From positions 13,832 through 77,831 of the IMG/VR virus record IMGVR_UViG_3300026484_000545: 64,000 nucleotides of DNA; one strand, given 5' to 3'. The notes beneath the pieces were generated by a model. That model saw only the letters and a list, made by a program, of their open reading frames with translations. It had not been told where the DNA came from and did no database searches. The stretch is from a virus (lineage: Duplodnaviria > Caudoviricetes). Positions 58,002 through 64,000 of this stretch are shown in pieces. A program made the position numbers and the translations under genes. How positions within the stretch are numbered: position 1 is the stretch's first letter; every line of letters starts with the position of its first letter.

Positions 58002-59885
58002 CACTGATTTAACTAAAGACTTAAAGTAATTGAGAATTTCTTCTCTACGCATTTGTATTGTCTTTTCAGGAGTATCTACTTTGATGGTAATAATTTTAAC
58101 TGGTTTGGTTTGTCCAATTCGATAAATTCTATCTACAGCCTGTTTTAAATAGATATCTCTAAATGGTAAGTCAACGAGTATCACCGTATCTGCTTCCGTA
58201 ATTGTAAATCCAACACCAAGTAGCGCATATGTAGTTACTAAAACTTTTGCATTTGACTTTACAAATTCTTTGATTTTAGCAAGTCTATCTTTATCCTCAC
58301 GAGAAATTACCATACATTTAAATCCACATGTTTTTTCTATAATCTGAGCAACTTGATTTAGAATTTGCGCTGAATTTGTAAAGAAAATAGTTTTGGTTGA
58401 TTTTGCAATATATTTACAGTACTCGGTACATTTGGTTAAAACTACAAGCACTAAATTTCTTAACGCTTCATTATAATGCTTATTTACAAGTTTGGTGAGT
58501 AATACTAAATCTGCAGCATAAGCAATTGTTATGTAATTTTTAAGTGTATCTCTAAATTTCGGATCCTTTATTTCCTTTAAAATCTCAGTACGTAAATTTA
58601 CAATTGCATTACGAATCTCCTTTGGAATTTTGTAGTAGGATTTATCTTGACATTTTAAAATAAGCATAAGCAGTTTTTCGAAACGTTTGTTATTGCGAAA
58701 ATGTTTTTGATAGATTTCATAAAGTTTTTTAAGCGCTTCTTTTTGCAATTTACGATATTTTGGAAGTAATGCTTTAAATTCATCAATGATTGTCTGTCTA
58801 ATTGCTTTTAAAAGAATTTTGGATTTTTTGAGAGTTTCTTCATCAAGTTTACAACGTAAAGTTATTTCGTATTTTGGCGGCAGTTTGAGTACTTGTGTTT
58901 TAAGCTTTCTTACCATAAAAATCTTGAGTTTATTCTTGAGAATAAATGAAGTCAACTCGGAATTATATTTGTAAATCTCAATAAATCTCTTGATAAATTC
59001 ATCAGTCATAAATGGATCAAGTAGTTTTAAGTATGGAGCAAACTCAGTAAATTTTCCAGCAATAGGTGTACCTGACATCAAAAGAATCTCATGGATTTTA
59101 TATTCTTCTTGTAACTGTGAAAGTAATGTAACACGTTTTGTATGTATGTTTCGAATATAATGAGATTCATCAGCAATTAGCATAGGGCTTTTTCTTAAAA
59201 ACTTATGAACCTTGTTTAAACTCTCAAAATTTACAATTATGTATTTTGGATTCGCAACAATACTATCTGGGATAACTGTAATCATATCAGAATTGACTTT
59301 CATATCAAATTTTAAAATTTCCTCTTTCCAATTTGGTTTTAATGAGTTCGGACATACTATTAAAACTTGATGCGCATTAATAACTTTTGATAATGCTATT
59401 GCAGTTAGCGTTTTACCTAATCCTTGATCGAATGCTAAAATCATTCCGCGTAGATTTGTAACTTTACGAATGGTTACATATTTTTTGAGAGCTTCAAGTT
59501 GGTAAGGATATAACTTTGCATTTATTTCCTCAAGTTTTCCAAAATTTGCATTTACTGGAATATAATCAATTTTTTTCAAGGTAGATAGGTAATAATTTTT
59601 TAATATAAGCTCAACTGTTTTAAAATGACTTTGTAAATCGCTTGGAAATGCAAATTGTTGTAGAAAATTAAAAAGAAACATTAAATCGAAATGAAATGCA
59701 TTGGGATACACTAGAGTTTTTATAAGTTTTGGGAATTCAGTACGAGTCATAGTTTCGAGAAAGAAAACTACTGAGTCAAACTTTTGCTTAAGTACATTTT
59801 TGAATGTATTCAGATATCCATCAGGTAACCAATCCTGCAAAATTGAAAAATATCTATTTTTCAATGAAACCTTTGGGGTTATCAT
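57993..59885 (-). CDS. SNF2-family helicase/ATPase
   Basis: DQGLGKT, DESH, SGTP, QAVDRIYRIGQ. Confidence 0.92.
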   Translation of the reverse strand: MITPKVSLKNRYFSILQDWLPDGYLNTFKNVLKQKFDSVVFFLETMTRTEFPKLIKTLVYPNAFHFDLMFLFNFLQQFAFPSDLQSHFKTVELILKNYYLSTLKKIDYIPVNANFGKLEEINAKLYPYQLEALKKYVTIRKVTNLRGMILAFDQGLGKTLTAIALSKVINAHQVLIVCPNSLKPNWKEEILKFDMKVNSDMITVIPDSIVANPKYIIVNFESLNKVHKFLRKSPMLIADESHYIRNIHTKRVTLLSQLQEEYKIHEILLMSGTPIAGKFTEFAPYLKLLDPFMTDEFIKRFIEIYKYNSELTSFILKNKLKIFMVRKLKTQVLKLPPKYEITLRCKLDEETLKKSKILLKAIRQTIIDEFKALLPKYRKLQKEALKKLYEIYQKHFRNNKRFEKLLMLILKCQDKSYYKIPKEIRNAIVNLRTEILKEIKDPKFRDTLKNYITIAYAADLVLLTKLVNKHYNEALRNLVLVVLTKCTEYCKYIAKSTKTIFFTNSAQILNQVAQIIEKTCGFKCMVISREDKDRLAKIKEFVKSNAKVLVTTYALLGVGFTITEADTVILVDLPFRDIYLKQAVDRIYRIGQTKPVKIITIKVDTPEKTIQMRREEILNYFKSLVKSVLS

Positions 59886-59937
59886 CTTATTTTACTCCTT
59901 TTGATTGATAATTAAATTCTTTTTGAGGCTTTAAAAA

Positions 59938-60180
59938 ATGCTTACAAATTATGGAGCTTTACAGTATTTCTATGGCAAAAATTTTGAAAAGACGTGTTTT
60001 TCAGGAATAGCATGTCCAATATGCGGCTGTCCTGATATAATATTTTTAGGTAGAGTTCCTTTAATGGGATTTCGTTTTAAATGTCAGAAATGTAAAAACG
60101 AATTTGCAGTTAGACTTGCAATAATTCGTTCTGATAAAAAGCGTAGGTCTTTAAAAACTGACTATAATGCTGAGGGGTAG
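59938..60180 (+). CDS. Zn-ribbon protein
   Basis: CPICG...CQKC. Confidence 0.6.
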   Translation: MLTNYGALQYFYGKNFEKTCFSGIACPICGCPDIIFLGRVPLMGFRFKCQKCKNEFAVRLAIIRSDKKRRSLKTDYNAEG

Positions 60181-60188
60181 TAGATAAA

Positions 60189-61880
60189 ATGGTTAAGATA
60201 AAGATAGGAGATAACTTGGTACTATTTCGCGTAGGTCAGGATAAACCTTATTTGTATTCAGTTAACAACTCAATTTGGAAATATCCCGAGTTAATTCCAA
60301 CAAATGCGGTTATTCATTCATATAATCATAACTTTACAGGAATGTATGATTTTATGGCTTCCCCATTTTGCGAGCTGTCAGATAGATGGTATAGGAGTGA
60401 CAATCAAACTTGTTCGCAAACTACATTTGGCAATTGTAATTCAATTATTTATAAGGATTTTTTCAGCGGCTCTATTTGGGACAGGGTTAAAAGTTCTATA
60501 ATACGTACTAATCAAACATTTACAGAATATAATGCTAGATATGAAACTTTCGATGCAGTTTCTAGCGGTGTTTTCTACCGCGGTCCAATATATGCTACGA
60601 AAAATGCTTATATTATGGTAGGATTGTATACAAATGGCGATGGGTATGTAGAAACTTACGATCGAGTAAGCAAACGGATACTCAAATGGCCTAAAATTTG
60701 GGATTTATCATGTAACGGTTATCAATCCTATTTTCTAAATAGTGAACTTACAACTACAACAAATTATCTATTATGGTATGGAACTGCAACCGTTAGTGCC
60801 CAGTCGTATCAATATATAGGACATGAATATCATTTATGGGTTATAGTTGATGAAAACGGCAATCCACGCGGCATAACTCGTATTTACTACGATCAAATAA
60901 ACGACAATCGTACAGAAACTGAGAATACATACGGTCTCGATTGGGGCACCGGATCTACTACCGCAAACAATATTGGTTACGGAATTATTGAAACTGATAG
61001 ATACATTTACATATACGGATCGTTTTTAGTTAAACTTGGGGCATTTGGTGGTCTATCAATTATAGATAAACAAACTGAAAAAGTTTACGTTGTAAGATTT
61101 CCAATTGATTCAGAATATTTTAATCACGTAAGAGCGGTTGCAGGTACTGGAAACGGTGTAACTTGTACGCGCTTATTCTATGATGCTAATACAAATACAC
61201 TTTACGCTCGTAATGTGTATCGTTACGGTAATCAACTTACAACTGATTACCATGTAATTAAACCAGTTTATGATGAAACAAATGACGTATTTACCGTACA
61301 ATTTGAAATCGGCGAGGAAATCTACAAGTTACTTGATATCAATTTAAGTGAAAGTTACGCACTTGCTGCAAATAAATCCGGTACACTATTTTATGGACAT
61401 GCATCAGCATACAGTTTATTTTTCCTTAGAAACGATTTTAATACAGGCAAAATTGAAGTGCAACATATCGAAGCGTTTGATTATGTACCCTACGCGATAA
61501 GTCGAATTGATGATGAAACTTTTATCGTAAACTGTCATGCAGTTTGTGATTGGCCAGATACTTATAAATGCTACTTACTTAAACCGGGACTTGCTCATAC
61601 TTTAGATATACACTTTCCAAATGTTACTTACACCTACGATGGTAATCCAATTGATACCTACGTCAAAGTTGCTGCAAAGGACTATGAAGGTAACTATGTT
61701 TCCGCTAAAATAAAATTAACCGTTCAAACAGGAGACGGTGCATTTATTGATTCAAATGGTAATGAAGTTTTAGAATATATTGTTACAACGGATTCAAACG
61801 GTCCTATTCAGGTTCCATTTAGAATTTTAGGGCCTGGAAAAGTTACAGTGCATGGAGATTATATACTAGACAATACATAA
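60189..61880 (+). CDS. Virion tail-associated protein (beta-propeller-like + C-terminal Ig-like domain)
   Basis: Y/G/N/T-rich beta composition; C-terminal VKVAAKDYEGN..TTDSNG Ig pattern. Confidence 0.55.
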   Translation: MVKIKIGDNLVLFRVGQDKPYLYSVNNSIWKYPELIPTNAVIHSYNHNFTGMYDFMASPFCELSDRWYRSDNQTCSQTTFGNCNSIIYKDFFSGSIWDRVKSSIIRTNQTFTEYNARYETFDAVSSGVFYRGPIYATKNAYIMVGLYTNGDGYVETYDRVSKRILKWPKIWDLSCNGYQSYFLNSELTTTTNYLLWYGTATVSAQSYQYIGHEYHLWVIVDENGNPRGITRIYYDQINDNRTETENTYGLDWGTGSTTANNIGYGIIETDRYIYIYGSFLVKLGAFGGLSIIDKQTEKVYVVRFPIDSEYFNHVRAVAGTGNGVTCTRLFYDANTNTLYARNVYRYGNQLTTDYHVIKPVYDETNDVFTVQFEIGEEIYKLLDINLSESYALAANKSGTLFYGHASAYSLFFLRNDFNTGKIEVQHIEAFDYVPYAISRIDDETFIVNCHAVCDWPDTYKCYLLKPGLAHTLDIHFPNVTYTYDGNPIDTYVKVAAKDYEGNYVSAKIKLTVQTGDGAFIDSNGNEVLEYIVTTDSNGPIQVPFRILGPGKVTVHGDYILDNT

Positions 61881-61893
61881 GTCTTTTTTCGTT

Positions 61894-62568
61894 ATGAGTT
61901 TATTAGAAACTAGAGTAAGTGTAACTGTAGTCTCCCTTGATTATCAGTCAAACATTGTTGATTATAAATCAAAAAGCACGAACGTTTTCATTCAAAATGC
62001 TTCTCATGAAACGTCAAATATTTCTCTTGAGTATAAAGATGATATTGCAATTGCCTACGTAACATCAAGACGTACTTATTATCTTGACTCAAATGCAACT
62101 GTAGGAGTTCAAGTGTTATCATATCCAAAACCAAATGTAGTAAATACTTCATATCAATTTTCATCAAATGCTTTAACTCAACTCTTTTCTCTGGCTTATA
62201 ATACTATAATCGATTCACGGGTATATCAAGATAAAACGGCAAGTGCCTTTGTATTCTATCCCTATAGAATTTTTGAAGGAGATGATACATCAGCAATTGT
62301 TTATCATATAAAATGCGACTTGCTTAAAACTTTAATAGGGCTTTGTTTTCAAGGCTATTCATCTGAGTATTTAACAATCCTAGTGCCAATTACAAAGAAT
62401 TTAAACTATAAGATTTCAGTTTGTACTTTTACAAAATATAACCGAGAATATATAGTTGATATACAAGCGCTAATTTCCAAAGGATTTATTGTAGATCAAG
62501 TTTACGATGATTACAATAACCCATTTTATGTCAAAGTGATACCATATTTTGGAGTTCAAATTTCATGA
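61894..62568 (+). CDS. Hypothetical structural protein
   Basis: 224-aa ORF in tail cluster. Confidence 0.6.
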   Translation: MSLLETRVSVTVVSLDYQSNIVDYKSKSTNVFIQNASHETSNISLEYKDDIAIAYVTSRRTYYLDSNATVGVQVLSYPKPNVVNTSYQFSSNALTQLFSLAYNTIIDSRVYQDKTASAFVFYPYRIFEGDDTSAIVYHIKCDLLKTLIGLCFQGYSSEYLTILVPITKNLNYKISVCTFTKYNREYIVDIQALISKGFIVDQVYDDYNNPFYVKVIPYFGVQIS

Positions 62569-64000
62569 TTAGAAAGCTATCATTTCTCTATAAAGATTCT
62601 AACGGATATGAACTTGTTTCGATAGAAAGTGAAAAGCAGTTTGCATATACATTTTTCGATTCTAATGGTGAATACATTTTAAATCCCAATAAGACTTATA
62701 TTGATACAAATAGTATTTCAGTAGAGTATCCCGATCGAATTACAGGTGACATTCAAGATGTAACGACAAAATATACTACGCACTTTTCAGAAAATGTATC
62801 CATTTACATTCCAAAATCTGGTATTCTAGATAGATGTAATCACGAACTCGAAAATTTCGATTATTTAGATAACTTAAGAGTATATGCACTCGATGTACAA
62901 GATTACGTAACATTTGAATTTGACTCAAATATTAAAATAGAAAACTTTATGTTTTACGTGCCTCCCTCATATTTTTCAACAAAATTACGAAAGCAGCTTT
63001 ATAGCAGTCCATATACATTTATCTACAATAAAACATTAAAGCGCGTATTTTTTGGGGCGTATCGTCATTCAAATGTATTAATAACAACCCGTGATTTTGA
63101 GACAAATACTGAATACGAATTAGAAATACGCTCTACAGCAAACTATCCATATCGAATCAATGCGCATATTACGCGTCTATCTTATACTATGATTCCTAAT
63201 ATTTATGACACGGGTTATCAAATGTCTTACATTGGTCCTTGGATTCCTACATATGATTACCATGTTTTGTATACTACGGCCTATCAAGCAGGTTATATAC
63301 CTGCAAAATTATGTGGAGTTACAACAGTTCCTCAGGAAGGTGTATGTCCTCCGCTTTCTACGCTTAGAAAGTATTTCTCATATCTACTGGTATACTTTTA
63401 TGGAGAACTTTGGGGGACCTGGATAACTTATGGAATTCATTTTAATAATTATCAGTTACATTTGAATCCACGTGCAGGCTGGGCTTTCTATGATCCCGAT
63501 GGTAATAAGTTAATTGGCGGCGGTACATGTGGATATGATGATAACATTCGCGTGCAAATGGTTGTTGATGTATACAATGGAATTTTAGCGTTTAGAGTAT
63601 GCGACGTTCATCGTCTTCATAATGCTTTAACTACTATGAGAGATACGTATACACTTGGAGCTCGTTTTAATCTAGATGACTTTAAGACATGGGATGGTTC
63701 CTTTTTTATTCTGCTAGATAGATCTTCATGTGTTTATGCATATGATGAAGCAATTTATTGGTTTTTATGGACTCCCAATATAAAACCAAAAGCGCGTTTT
63801 CGTGTAAATATAAAAACATGTAATATTCGAATTTATCCAAGCTTTATGATTTCAAATATACCGGATTCCATTAAAGAATCCGGTTTAACTTATGATAACG
63901 GATCAAAAGTTTTTGATTCAAATTATAATCATCTAGGAAACATTGCTTACTCGTTTACGGACACTGAAATTACTGCGTTTACTCACACGGATGTTGCATT
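62565..64000 (+). CDS. Large hypothetical (probably structural) protein running off the right edge (not in ORF track)
   Basis: ATGA-coupled start MIRKLSFLYKDSNG...; no stop seen in the part of the frame read. Confidence 0.7.
   Translation, partial: MIRKLSFLYKDSNGYELVSIESEKQFAYTFFDSNGEYILNPNKTYIDTNSISVEYPDRITGDIQDVTTKYTTHFSENVSIYIPKSGILDRCNHELENFDYLDNLRVYALDVQDYVTFEFDSNIKIENFMFYVPPSYFSTKLRKQLYSSPYTFIYNKTLKRVFFGAYRHSNVLITTRDFETNTEYELEIRSTANYPYRINAHITRLSYTMIPNIYDTGYQMSYIGPWIPTYDYHVLYTTAYQAGYIPAKLCGVTTVPQEGVCPPLSTLRKYFSYLLVYFYGELWGTWITYGIHFNNYQLHLNPRAGWAFYDPDGNKLIGGGTCGYDDNIRVQMVVDVYNGILAFRVCDVHRLHNALTTMRDTYTLGARFNLDDFKTWDGSFFILLDRSSCVYAYDEAIYWFLWTPNIKPKARFRVNIKTCNIRIYPSFMISNIPDSIKESGLTYDNGSKVFDSNYNHLGNIAYSFTDTEITAFTHTDVA

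Noticed and set aside
1-64000. Stop-codon reassignment or a uracil-substituted (AR9/PBS1-like) genome
   Set aside because: Genes are full length in code 11 and use TAA, TAG and TGA as stops; ThyX plus a UDG domain argue for thymine DNA.
1-64000. Short opposite-strand or nested ORFs in the track (e.g. 5039, 6823, 7039, 8927, 15042, 22900, 29831, 31385, 40038, 40057, 41917, 47280, 63205)
   Set aside because: Shadows of longer well-supported genes or of structured non-coding DNA; no RBS or motifs.
1-64000. Phage nucleus genes (chimallin, PhuZ tubulin)
   Set aside because: No tubulin GGGTGSG-type motif or recognisable chimallin in this window; the rest of the genome cannot be judged.

Overview
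AT-rich, gene-dense segment of a jumbo (phiKZ/AR9-grade) tailed phage. The host is probably Gram-negative (spanin pair), probably anaerobic or microaerophilic (class III RNR) and possibly thermophilic (long GC-rich terminator stems). The window encodes a self-sufficient transcription and replication set: two different, unsplit multisubunit RNA polymerase beta-prime subunits, a beta subunit split over two genes, a family B DNA polymerase split over two distant genes with a uracil-DNA-glycosylase domain fused at its N-terminus, primase, clamp and clamp loader, SF2 and SNF2 helicases, ligase, RecA, a Cas4-like nuclease, stand-alone LigD-type AEP and phosphoesterase modules, topoisomerase IB, a split NrdD flanking NrdG, ThyX, QueD and a Nudix hydrolase. 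It also has a lysis cassette and virion/tail genes. Gene orientation switches from mostly minus to mostly plus across a ~1.6-kb, largely non-coding interval (38784-40437). That interval is packed with long hairpins whose only mismatches are G-U pairs on the plus strand, plus direct and inverted repeats, making it a candidate large structured ncRNA and/or origin. It is followed by an intact IS607 element (TnpA serine recombinase plus TnpB). No CRISPR array, tRNA or rRNA was seen. All calls come from motif reading by eye; no searches were run.
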